From assembly GCA_964618765.1 (NCBI GenBank), contig CAZUDZ010000001.1:69826-133825 (forward strand): 64,000 nucleotides of DNA. The letters run 5' to 3'. Made by a program: the position numbers and the translations under genes. The notes below the pieces were generated by a model. That model was not told where the DNA came from. It made no database searches and worked only from the letters and a program-made list of their open reading frames with translations. Shown here one piece after another: positions 38,689 through 48,155 of the stretch (its first letter is position 1; each line of letters begins with the position of its first letter). The DNA comes from an uncultured Candidatus Saccharibacteria bacterium (lineage in GTDB: Bacteria > Patescibacteriota > Dojkabacteria > SC72).

Positions 38689-39111
38689 ATGAACCAACCA
38701 ATCTCAAAAGAAGAATTAGAATATATGGCAGAACTATTCAGCCAGTATATGAGAAGAGAACGAGAGGATAATGGATCAGCATATGAAGTAAGAAACACAG
38801 GAAAGCTAGAAAGTTCTCTAGCACAACCCTTTCAAAAAATATCTGGACAAGAGTTATACCCTTCACTAATTAAAAAAGCCTCTATGCTCTACTACTTCTG
38901 TATTAAGAATCATCCATTTGAAGATGGGAATAAGAGAATGGGTATATTTGCTTTAATGATATATCTTGCTAAAAACGATTACTGGTTAGATACCAGTGAC
39001 GAGAAGCTATTTAATATGACAGTAAATACTGCTGCAAGTAAGATGGAACAGAAGGATGAGATGGTAAAAAGCATAGAAGAATTTATCTCAGACAATATTG
39101 TGAAATATTAA
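38689..39111 (+). CDS. Fic/Doc family toxin (death-on-curing type)
   Basis: LESSLAQP, KNHPFEDGNKRMG. Confidence 0.9.
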   Translation: MNQPISKEELEYMAELFSQYMRREREDNGSAYEVRNTGKLESSLAQPFQKISGQELYPSLIKKASMLYYFCIKNHPFEDGNKRMGIFALMIYLAKNDYWLDTSDEKLFNMTVNTAASKMEQKDEMVKSIEEFISDNIVKY

Positions 39112-39125
39112 ATTGTTTCCCTACC

Positions 39126-39632
39126 CTACTTCTTAAGATCTTGAGCACTTACGAAATAAATATCCTTGATGCTTTTCCCTTTCTCTAGATTAGCATACAT
39201 CTCAGAAATTAGATCAGGAGAACTCTCTAGAGGTTCAATATATATATCTATCTCCTGTGATTCAAGCTCTGTAGGAATGAAGGTAATCGCAAAGTCCCCA
39301 GACTCTATGAAATATATCTTATGCTCATATCTGGAAGGATACTTTACATCGTACGCAGACACATAGTCACAAAGCTCAGAAAATTTCTCTAGATCTCTTA
39401 CAGCTACAGAACGGATTCTTAAATCTTTAACATCAAGAGATTGATTTCTTTTAAGCTCTAAGAGATAGTTATCGATATCTTTCAAATCTATATGTCTGAC
39501 TTTCTCTTGAACAACTCTGTCCTCTCTTCCATGCTTAAGTACCTGCTCAATATTAAAGCGAATAAAATCAAGAGCTTCCTGCTTGACACAATCTTCTATT
39601 CCGGTTGGATCATCTAGCATCATGAAGTTCAC
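39126..39632 (-). CDS. Hypothetical protein
   Basis: 168-aa ORF downstream of clpP. Confidence 0.6.
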   Translation of the reverse strand: MNFMMLDDPTGIEDCVKQEALDFIRFNIEQVLKHGREDRVVQEKVRHIDLKDIDNYLLELKRNQSLDVKDLRIRSVAVRDLEKFSELCDYVSAYDVKYPSRYEHKIYFIESGDFAITFIPTELESQEIDIYIEPLESSPDLISEMYANLEKGKSIKDIYFVSAQDLKK

Positions 39633-39699
39633 TGAATCTAAATTTAATTGCCCATAGTATATTGGATTCTTATTAAAAAGACAATATGGAGGGGAAAAC

Positions 39700-40281
39700 T
39701 TATCTTTTTTTAATTACTTTGTCTATGATACCGTACTCTTTTGCTTCTGTTGCAGTAAAATACTTATCCCTATCAGCGTCTTTTTCTATCTGTTTTGCCG
39801 ATTTCCCTGTCCTCTTTGCTAATATCTTGTAAAGAGATTCTCTCGTTTTAATTATCTCCTCGGCCTCTATTGCGATATCACTAGCTTGTCCCTGAACTCC
39901 TCCAATTGGCTGATGAATGTGGATCTTACTATTGGGAAGAGCAAATCTCTTTCCCTTCTTCCCACTTACAAGAAGAACTGTACCCATTGAAGCTGCAAGA
40001 CCTACTGCTATGGTAGAGATATCACATTTAACATAATTCATGGTATCTATAATTGCCATTCCTGCAGTAATTTCTCCTCCGTAGGAATTAATAAACATTT
40101 GGATCTCTTCATTAGGGTTTTCTTTCTCAAGAAAGAGTAATTGAGCTATTACTGTATTTGCCATGTCTGTCCTAATTGAGCCACTAACAAAAATAATTCT
40201 ATCCTTAAGAAGTCTGGAGTAAATATCATACGCTCTTTCGCCTCCTCTCTCCTTTTCTATGACTGTAGGTATTAGATTCAT
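39700..40281 (-). CDS. clpP: ATP-dependent Clp protease proteolytic subunit
   Basis: [29 protein letters not shown]. Confidence 0.97.
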   Translation of the reverse strand: MNLIPTVIEKERGGERAYDIYSRLLKDRIIFVSGSIRTDMANTVIAQLLFLEKENPNEEIQMFINSYGGEITAGMAIIDTMNYVKCDISTIAVGLAASMGTVLLVSGKKGKRFALPNSKIHIHQPIGGVQGQASDIAIEAEEIIKTRESLYKILAKRTGKSAKQIEKDADRDKYFTATEAKEYGIIDKVIKKR

Positions 40282-40300
40282 AATAAACAATTTTTAGAAA

Positions 40301-41350
40301 TTATTTCTTTTTAGAAACACTCTTCTCCTCTTTTATAACCTCTTTGATGAATTCTTGAAATGCTTTCTCTTTCTGTTCTATTTTTTTGATATACTCTCTC
40401 CACCTAGAATCCTCAAAAATTTTAGGATCTGTTTTCTCTGGGGCTCCTTTCCTTATAATTTCTATTTTCTTCTTAACCTCTTCATCTGATACCTCTATAT
40501 TTCTCTCTTGAGCATACAGATTAAGAAATACATCTGTCTGAAGGGCTTGTTGAGCATCTTTGTCCCACATTTCTCTCATCTTGGCCATTGTGATATTGTT
40601 TGCCTTAAGGAAATCATTAATCTCAATACCTTTCTGTTGCATATCGCTAATGAAAGCTTTCTCTCTCTCTTGTGCCTCATATTTTACTGCTGGTTGTGGT
40701 ATCTCAATATTTGATATCTTGATTGCTTCCTGTAGTGCCTTATCCTCTGTTTGATGTTTTAGTAAATGTTTTTTCTCCGAAAGCATTGCCTCCCTTATAT
40801 GCTCTCTTAGTTCTTTCAAATTTTTAATATCATCTAACTTAATGATTTTAATAATTTCCTGTGCCCATTCTTCATTAATCTCCTTAGCTTCTGTTTTTTG
40901 GCTCTCTTTCAACCTGTCCAGAGCGGAGTCTATCTCTTTTTTCTCTACCTTTATCTCTTCCTGCTTGATTTTAATTTTCTTGAGATTACCAAGTTTAAAT
41001 TCTGGCATAACAGTAACCTCCATTGTAAATGTCAAATCCTCATCTTCTTTGAGGCTTGGAAATTTCTTGTACTCAGGTGGTGCTATTGGGTTAATCTTCT
41101 CCTCTAGTAAAACATCCTCAAGATATGAGGGTAAGAGATTCTCAAATGCTTGGATCTTTAATGTATGACCTACATGAGGTTCTACTAAGTCACTTGGGAC
41201 TTTTCCCTTTCTAAACCCTTTGATATTTGTATCCTCTAATTCCTTTTTAAGTAAAGAGCTATACTCCTTTTGAAAACGCTCTTTAGGGATTGTAATCTCA
41301 ATCTGTATTTTATCTTTAGATATGTCTTCTCTCTTGTATTTAACATCCAT
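40301..41350 (-). CDS. tig: Trigger factor lacking PPIase domain
   Basis: GFRKGKVP ribosome-binding motif; only 349 aa; upstream of clpP. Confidence 0.88.
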   Translation of the reverse strand: MDVKYKREDISKDKIQIEITIPKERFQKEYSSLLKKELEDTNIKGFRKGKVPSDLVEPHVGHTLKIQAFENLLPSYLEDVLLEEKINPIAPPEYKKFPSLKEDEDLTFTMEVTVMPEFKLGNLKKIKIKQEEIKVEKKEIDSALDRLKESQKTEAKEINEEWAQEIIKIIKLDDIKNLKELREHIREAMLSEKKHLLKHQTEDKALQEAIKISNIEIPQPAVKYEAQEREKAFISDMQQKGIEINDFLKANNITMAKMREMWDKDAQQALQTDVFLNLYAQERNIEVSDEEVKKKIEIIRKGAPEKTDPKIFEDSRWREYIKKIEQKEKAFQEFIKEVIKEEKSVSKKK

Positions 41351-41387
41351 TGTTATTGTTCCTAATATGTAAAATTGCGGTCAAAGT

Positions 41388-42074
41388 CTACACTTTTTTG
41401 TATAGTTTGTCTAGTTTGGCTGTAACTACAAAGCGTTTCTCAGATGTCCATAGAGGAGTGCAAGTAATTAATGTTAATTTGTAATCATCACTTTCTGTTA
41501 TCACAGAAATATCATTAGGTTCTACAATCTTTGTTTCTACAACAATGTAAGTTAAATTACCCGAATTACTAATTATGTTTATTTTCTCTCCAATCTTAAT
41601 ATCTTCTAGGTTAAAGAAAGTATCTTTTCTAGGTGGTAAATGCATGAACCTGTGCCCTATTATTACTGCGTTACCTTTTTCTCCTGGGAGTGCAGATGTA
41701 GGGAAATGCCAAAAGCCATCGTTCATTCTCTGAGAATTTTCTCCTTGGACTATTTCCCCTTGGATATTTAAATTTTCAACTAATATTGTCGTGTTAAAAT
41801 CTTCCAATACCTTCCGGTCAAGAACTATATTTGTATTAGACAAGGATTCTTCTATGGATGTGTACCCTAGAACTTGTTCTTTGTATGTGTCTTTCGGGGG
41901 TGATATTTGAGTTAATATTTTGACACTTGTTTCTTTGGTAATATCGTAAATTCTGAAGGAATTAAGAGCTAAAAGGAGTTTGTTGTAGTTTGGGTAGATG
42001 ATGAAGAAAAGAATAGGAGCTAAGAGCAATAGTATTAGTAAAAAGGATATTGTAATTTTTCTGGTTTTTTCCAT
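41388..42074 (-). CDS. Sortase
   Basis: TM; GNAVIIGHR, LTLITCTP, EKRF. Confidence 0.9.
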   Translation of the reverse strand: MEKTRKITISFLLILLLLAPILFFIIYPNYNKLLLALNSFRIYDITKETSVKILTQISPPKDTYKEQVLGYTSIEESLSNTNIVLDRKVLEDFNTTILVENLNIQGEIVQGENSQRMNDGFWHFPTSALPGEKGNAVIIGHRFMHLPPRKDTFFNLEDIKIGEKINIISNSGNLTYIVVETKIVEPNDISVITESDDYKLTLITCTPLWTSEKRFVVTAKLDKLYKKV

Positions 42075-42174
42075 ATTTCTGTTCTATTGTACTATTTTTA
42101 ACGAATAGTTGCATTCTTTTATTAATTATATTATTCTAATGTTGAGTACATATAAATTTTTAATATAGGTTTAA

Positions 42175-43122
42175 GTGGCAAAGAAAAAAACTAAATCTGC
42201 CGAAAAAGTAAAAAGTAGTAAAAATTTTGTTAAGAAAGGAGATTCCAAAAAATCTATGCTTTCAAAGGTTGAGATTAAAAAACCAGATAATCAAGAAAAA
42301 GTCTCTAAGATTGTAGGTTCAGTTTTCATCTTTCTTGGAATTGTTCTGATCGGTTATGGAATATATTCTTTCATAAAGTTTAGTAAGACTCCAGAGTTAG
42401 ATGAAGCATTGGATACTCCTTCTTTGTCTGGCACAGAGGTATTAACTAATGAAGAAAAGATTGTGATCAAAGGAGTAGCAGAGGATTTTGATGAGGTATT
42501 TGTATATGTAGATAGTGAAGAGAAAGGGAGGGTTAAGGTTGATTCTGATAGTAGCTTTGAATATGAATATCCAGTTGAAGATGAGGGGAAATATGCGGTA
42601 TCAGTTGCAGGTGTAAAGGGATTCCCAAAAAGATATATTTCTTTACAGTCTGACATGAGAATTGTAGAGGTAGACAGGAAAGCTCCAGAGTTAGCAGAGG
42701 TTAATTATCCTGTGGAGGTTGGAACAGAGAGTTTTACCTTGGTTGGGAATACTGAACCAGCTACAGAGGTAGTTGTAAAGAGAGGTGTAGATAAGTATGT
42801 ATCTACTGCAGATGAGAATGGAGATTTCAAAGTCACTGGAATTTTACTTGAGGAGGGTCCTAATGTATTCACTCTAACAATATCTGATGAAGCTGGAAAT
42901 GAATTAGAAGTAGAAGAAAAGATAAAGGTAATATACTCTATGGATAGTAATGTAAATGGGAATGCGGTTGCAGATGAGATTCCAATAGCATCTGGAGAGT
43001 TAAGTAAGGCAATGCAAACTATATTTAGCAATAACTTGATGATGGTATTTGGATTATTAGCAATATTGCTATTCATGCTTAGCACAGGTTTTGTTGTCGT
43101 CAAATATAAGCAGGAGAGATAA
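42175..43122 (+). CDS. Ig-like domain surface protein, putative sortase substrate
   Basis: N-terminal TM, two Ig-like beta domains (DEAGN), IPIASG + TM + KYKQER; divergent from the sortase. Confidence 0.7.
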   Translation: MAKKKTKSAEKVKSSKNFVKKGDSKKSMLSKVEIKKPDNQEKVSKIVGSVFIFLGIVLIGYGIYSFIKFSKTPELDEALDTPSLSGTEVLTNEEKIVIKGVAEDFDEVFVYVDSEEKGRVKVDSDSSFEYEYPVEDEGKYAVSVAGVKGFPKRYISLQSDMRIVEVDRKAPELAEVNYPVEVGTESFTLVGNTEPATEVVVKRGVDKYVSTADENGDFKVTGILLEEGPNVFTLTISDEAGNELEVEEKIKVIYSMDSNVNGNAVADEIPIASGELSKAMQTIFSNNLMMVFGLLAILLFMLSTGFVVVKYKQER

Positions 43123-43145
43123 TTTCTCAAGAAGTAGCATGTGTA

Positions 43146-43176
43146 AAGGGGGGGGGTGATACCTCCCCTTCTTTTC
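43146..43176 (+). terminator. Intrinsic terminator
   Basis: AAGGGG...CCTCCCCTT stem followed by CTTTTCT. Confidence 0.6.
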
Positions 43177-43190
43177 TGTTAATATATATC

Positions 43191-44321
43191 ATGCAAATTT
43201 TTAAAACAGCAATATTTCGACTTGTTGGGATAGTTTCATTATCCTCTCTACTTCTTTTGCCCTCCTCAGCATTTGCTACTGAAGAAAATGTACAGGGCAA
43301 TGAAGAGTCCAGAGCAGTATTTCGAGGGAAGATAATTGAGAGTAATACGGTTGACTGTGAGATGATGACAGAAGATACACAGTTTAAATGTTTTAGCTAT
43401 GACATTGAGGTATTAGATGGGCAACAGAAGGGAGAGGTTGTGCAGACAATGCCAACGTGGATTAACAATGAGGATGACCTTTTTAAGGATGGTAGTAAAG
43501 TGTATCTCTCTCAAACAGAAGATATGCAAGGAAATCAATCTTGGAGTGTAGAAAGTTATTCTAGAGAAAACTCCTTACTGATACTTGCAATTATATTTGT
43601 CGTTTTAATTGTCTTTACATCTGGTATGAGAGGTATAAGCGCGACTTTGGGTCTTATTATTAGTTTCTGTACTATTTATTTCTTTGCCATACCTAAGATT
43701 AATACAGGGTCAAATTTCTTACTAATATCAGTAGTTACAATTTTTATATTACTTTGTGCTTCTACTTTCATAACTTATGGATTTAATATTAAATCCGTAA
43801 TTGCTTTCATATCTACTCTGTTTGGTATCTTTCTTATCTCCATTGCCGGCTACGCAGTAATCTCTTGGCTTAACATTAGTGGAACAGGAGAAGAAACCTC
43901 AGCAATGCTTTTTGATACTACTCAAGGAATGATAAGACTTTCGTGGGTCTTCTTGCTTAGTATTGTAATTGGGGCGTTAGGAGTTTTAGATGATGTAACT
44001 GTTGGTCAGGCATCCTCAATGATGGAGATATATCAAACAGATAGGAGTTTAAGTGCGAATGAGCTTTTTAAGAAAGCAATGAATATTGGTAAAGATCATA
44101 TTGCATCTATGGTTAATACACTGTTTATTGCGTATGCAGGTTCTAGTTTCTCTTTAATCATGCTTCTTTCTGCAAACAACCCAGATTTTAGGATATTAAT
44201 AAATGAGGGTTTTGTAGTGGAAGAGATTGTAAGAACTTTAGTTGCGAGTATTGGAATAATCTTACTAGTTCCCCTAACCTCTTTTCTAGCCTCTAGGATA
44301 ATAGTAAAAGTTCTCAAGTAA
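43191..44321 (+). CDS. YibE/F family membrane protein
   Basis: IGALGVLDDVTV.Q, GKDHIASMVNTLFIAYAG, EEIVRTL. Confidence 0.9.
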   Translation: MQIFKTAIFRLVGIVSLSSLLLLPSSAFATEENVQGNEESRAVFRGKIIESNTVDCEMMTEDTQFKCFSYDIEVLDGQQKGEVVQTMPTWINNEDDLFKDGSKVYLSQTEDMQGNQSWSVESYSRENSLLILAIIFVVLIVFTSGMRGISATLGLIISFCTIYFFAIPKINTGSNFLLISVVTIFILLCASTFITYGFNIKSVIAFISTLFGIFLISIAGYAVISWLNISGTGEETSAMLFDTTQGMIRLSWVFLLSIVIGALGVLDDVTVGQASSMMEIYQTDRSLSANELFKKAMNIGKDHIASMVNTLFIAYAGSSFSLIMLLSANNPDFRILINEGFVVEEIVRTLVASIGIILLVPLTSFLASRIIVKVLK

Positions 44322-44364
44322 ATACAAAATTGCTATAATAGGAAATAAATTAATTGATTAATAT

Positions 44365-45528
44365 ATGGGTAAGATATTTTCTGTAAGAGACAGTAGTAAA
44401 GATATACAAGACAGCAAGGGATATTCTAATACACCAGAAGAAAATGATACATCAACGCAGAGATCCTTATTAAAAGAGAAACAAACCTTAACAATAGATT
44501 TTTCTTTCAAATCTATGTTTTTTGTACTTCTACTTCTAGGCTTTATATTCTTCGCAAAACAGTTAATGAGTGTTATCCTTTTTGTGTTTCTAGGCTTTGT
44601 TATTATGTCTACTGTGAGCCCTGTTGTTAAATGGCTAGTAAACAAAGGCTTACCTAAAGGGTTATCAATAGGTATAACCTACTTCTTTCTAGTCATCATC
44701 ATTTTGGCATTTCCTGTTCTTGTTTCGGTGCCATTCATTAATCAGTTATCTGGTCTTGTAGAATCACTTCCTAATTGGATTAATGATTCTTTACACTTTT
44801 TGAAGAATTTCTCTCTTGCTGGTTACTCTCTGGATATTGAGAGTATAAATAAAGAGATAATGGATATCCTGAAAGGATTTCCTACAGTTACAAATGTAAA
44901 GAGTGTAGCCACTTTTATCTCAGACTTTTTCGGTATTGGAGCTTTCTTGATTACTTCAATTGTATTTTCCATATATTTGGTCTCCGAGCATGATTCCTTT
45001 TTAGATATTCTTTTAATTAGGATCATTTCTAATGAGAAGAGAGATAGGGTTAAAAAGCTAGTTTTGGATGTAGAGGACAAGCTGGGTAATTGGGTTCTGG
45101 GTCAGGGTACAGTTAGCTTAATTGCCGCAACATTCTCTTTTGTAATACTAACAGTTCTTAAGGTACCCTTTGCACTTCCTCTTGCTATGTTTGCTGGCCT
45201 TATTAATCTAATACCAAACCTTGGTTCTACACTTGCCGCCATAACAATGACCACTGTTGCTTTAATTAGTGTTAGCCCCTTAAATGCAGCAATAGTTCTA
45301 GTCGCATTTGTGCTGTACCAACTAGTAGAGAACACAGTTATAACACCAAAAGTTATGGGGAATGCAGTAGGACTCAAGCCTGTTGTAGTTCTTCTTGGTG
45401 TCATAGTCTTCATAACCTTTCTCGGTATATTAGGCGGATTTGTAGCAATACCTTTAATGGTTATTCTAAAAATTCTCTACGAATTCTACATAGACTTGCA
45501 AAAATTAGAAGCTAAAGGTATTGTTTAA
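44365..45528 (+). CDS. AI-2E family transporter
   Basis: NLIPNLG, QLVENTVITPKVMG..VGL.P. Confidence 0.88.
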   Translation: MGKIFSVRDSSKDIQDSKGYSNTPEENDTSTQRSLLKEKQTLTIDFSFKSMFFVLLLLGFIFFAKQLMSVILFVFLGFVIMSTVSPVVKWLVNKGLPKGLSIGITYFFLVIIILAFPVLVSVPFINQLSGLVESLPNWINDSLHFLKNFSLAGYSLDIESINKEIMDILKGFPTVTNVKSVATFISDFFGIGAFLITSIVFSIYLVSEHDSFLDILLIRIISNEKRDRVKKLVLDVEDKLGNWVLGQGTVSLIAATFSFVILTVLKVPFALPLAMFAGLINLIPNLGSTLAAITMTTVALISVSPLNAAIVLVAFVLYQLVENTVITPKVMGNAVGLKPVVVLLGVIVFITFLGILGGFVAIPLMVILKILYEFYIDLQKLEAKGIV

Positions 45529-45563
45529 TACACAAATCTAAATTTTTTACTGCCCTGTTTAAG

Positions 45564-48095
45564 ATGCAAAGTGTCAACACAAAAAAGAATGAAATCTTCT
45601 TTTTTGAAGAGTATTCCTCAAAAGATCTTAACGAGAATCGTGTTGGGAGGAAGGGTTTGAGCCTCTTTAAACTTAAGGATATGGATGTTCCAGTTCCTGA
45701 ATTCTTTGTTGTCTCAAGCGACGCTTTTGTAGATCTCACTTTTAATTCTCTGCAGGAGAATAATAAAAAGCTTTTAGCCAAAGGAAGAAATCCAGAAACA
45801 GAAGAAATTGAAGATGTTTTTCTTAAGCAAGATTTCCCCAAACAGACACAGGAAGAAATTCTAAGTGCATATACGAGACTTTCTGGATTTACTGATGCTT
45901 GGGTCTCAGTAAGATCTTCTGTAGTATTTCCAGAGAACCCTACTGTTTCTTTCAGTGGGATATTCTCTACTGAATTGAATGTACGAAAATTTGCAGATTT
46001 ACAGGGTGCAATTAAAAAAATCTATGCTTCAATGTTTTCAGATGATGTTGTTGCATATGCTTCGAAGATGGGAATAGATTTAGCAGAAGTTAAACTGGCA
46101 GTTGTCGTACAAAAGATGGTTCAGTCAGAGGTCTCTGGGGTAGCTTTCACCGTAGATCCGATAACTCAGGATAATACGAAACTGAGTATAGAAGTAGTAT
46201 TCGGATTAGGAGATGTGATTTCTTTAGGAGAAATCACACCAGACACATATCTTCTTAACAAAAAAGACCTAACAATTGTGGAGAAACATATTGCACCTCA
46301 GGAGTGGATGAAAGTAAGAACACTTCGCTCTTCTAAGGGTAAAGGGAAGAAAGAAAATATTGAGAAGATAAAGATATCTAGTAATTGGAGTCACAGGCAG
46401 AAACTTTCTGACAAGGATATGGAGGAGATCTCTAAGATAGCCTTAATAGTTGAGAATAAATCTAGACAGATCCAAAATATTGAGTGGGTTCTTTCTGGAG
46501 GGAGGTTTTGGATACTTCAGAATAAACCTTTGTATGAATCTGTAGCAAGAGAGAATGTCTCTGTCTTAAGTTCGGATTTAACAAGGAAGAACATTCGAGA
46601 GCTTCTCATTGGTTTTGTTGAGAAATACAAAGGAGAGAGTATGATTGTTTCTCAAGCGGTTTCGGATGCTCAGAAGATGGTTAAGAGAAGTAGTAGTGAT
46701 GCAGCTCAGAAGCTTGAGAAGTTAATTCTTTCTGCTAAGAAAGAGTCAGAGCCTGTATCTACAAAGCAGGAAGACTTCGTAGCTTCTGGAATTGGTGCAA
46801 GTTTTGGAGTTGCTGTTGGAAAGGTTACTGTGTTGGATGGTCCTGTTGAGAAGAAATTTCGTAAGGATGACATCTTACTCATAAAGAGATACTCCTCAGA
46901 GATGGAGACAGCAATCATAAGCTGTGGTGGAGTTGTGATGGATACTGGAGGTCTTACTAGCGATACCGCAATACTTTGTAGAGAGGTTGGAGTCCCAGCT
47001 GTTGTCGGTACAGGTAACGCTTCTAAAACCATTAAATCTGGAGATTGGGTTAAGATAGATGGGAATGCAGGAACAGTATATTTAGTCGAAAAAGCACAGG
47101 TGGAGTCTAAGAAAGAAATTCATCCTGTGATACAAGCATATAGCCAAGGAGATGTAGAAGAGAAAAAAGAGGAGGACAGACAAGAAGGAGAAAAGGCTAT
47201 TCCTCCTAAAGACACTTCTCTACCCCCTTCTGCTACCAAAGTATTTAGTATGGCTGATTTAAAACCAGAGAAGCTTTTTAACTATGTAGGAAACTCTCAT
47301 GGTATTGTATTTCTCGATTTAGATAAAATTCTTCTGGAAGATGGTCGTCATATCATGGCATATGTGGAGGATAAGAAATTTGTAGATTTTTCTAACAGCA
47401 TATGTGAGAAAATTCTAGAGTATGTGGACTTAGCACAAGGAAACGAAGTAATTATTTCCATTGGTTCTAGCAAAGTAAAAGATTTTAGAGAATTAACTAA
47501 GGGCAAAGCATATGAGGATAGCTCTTTAGCCGACGAAGTATACGGAGCAGTTCACTACATTAATAATTTAGATATGTTAAAAAGAGTTCTTAAGATAGTA
47601 AGGAGAGTTAGGAATGTATTCCAGAAAAGAAATATCTCCATTGCACTTCACTCCCCTATGAGTGGAGAGATAATGAAGGAGTTTAAAAAACAACTCTCTG
47701 GAGAGAAATTAAGAAGGACATCTACTTTTAAAGTTTATGCAATCTTAGATAATCCTGCTGAAATAATTCTTGCTGATGAAATAGCTGGAAGTAAAATAGA
47801 CGGCTTCATACTAAACATGCCTAGAATAGTAAGACAGATGCAAGGATTTAAGTTTGATGATGTAAATGCCAGATACGATTTAACTAGGAACAGTGTTTTT
47901 AAAGCCTTGGACAATGTCATAGATGTTGTTAAAGATCAAACAGACCAAATCATTGTCGTTATTGAAAATAGCAAACCGCTACTTAGGTACTGTGTACAAA
48001 CCGGAGTGTATGGAGTGTCAGTATTTTCAGAAGATATTGCAGAGGCCAGAAAGGTTGTGTTTGATGAGGAAAGTAAACTCATATTGGATAAATAG
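45564..48095 (+). CDS. PEP synthase-like protein with degenerate catalytic residues
   Basis: VGRKG, VPEFFVV, VRSS, VVVQKMV, GLGD; mobile domain GGLTSDTAILCRE. Confidence 0.8.
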   Translation: MQSVNTKKNEIFFFEEYSSKDLNENRVGRKGLSLFKLKDMDVPVPEFFVVSSDAFVDLTFNSLQENNKKLLAKGRNPETEEIEDVFLKQDFPKQTQEEILSAYTRLSGFTDAWVSVRSSVVFPENPTVSFSGIFSTELNVRKFADLQGAIKKIYASMFSDDVVAYASKMGIDLAEVKLAVVVQKMVQSEVSGVAFTVDPITQDNTKLSIEVVFGLGDVISLGEITPDTYLLNKKDLTIVEKHIAPQEWMKVRTLRSSKGKGKKENIEKIKISSNWSHRQKLSDKDMEEISKIALIVENKSRQIQNIEWVLSGGRFWILQNKPLYESVARENVSVLSSDLTRKNIRELLIGFVEKYKGESMIVSQAVSDAQKMVKRSSSDAAQKLEKLILSAKKESEPVSTKQEDFVASGIGASFGVAVGKVTVLDGPVEKKFRKDDILLIKRYSSEMETAIISCGGVVMDTGGLTSDTAILCREVGVPAVVGTGNASKTIKSGDWVKIDGNAGTVYLVEKAQVESKKEIHPVIQAYSQGDVEEKKEEDRQEGEKAIPPKDTSLPPSATKVFSMADLKPEKLFNYVGNSHGIVFLDLDKILLEDGRHIMAYVEDKKFVDFSNSICEKILEYVDLAQGNEVIISIGSSKVKDFRELTKGKAYEDSSLADEVYGAVHYINNLDMLKRVLKIVRRVRNVFQKRNISIALHSPMSGEIMKEFKKQLSGEKLRRTSTFKVYAILDNPAEIILADEIAGSKIDGFILNMPRIVRQMQGFKFDDVNARYDLTRNSVFKALDNVIDVVKDQTDQIIVVIENSKPLLRYCVQTGVYGVSVFSEDIAEARKVVFDEESKLILDK

Positions 48096-48155
48096 AAGAA
48101 TTCTCTGCCCTCTGTCCTGTAGTGTATTCCTCCTACTTCGTGATATACTTTCTTA

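Noticed and set aside
30571-39632. Prophage or IS element as the origin of the accessory region
   Set aside because: No phage, integrase or transposase genes and no terminal inverted repeats were seen.
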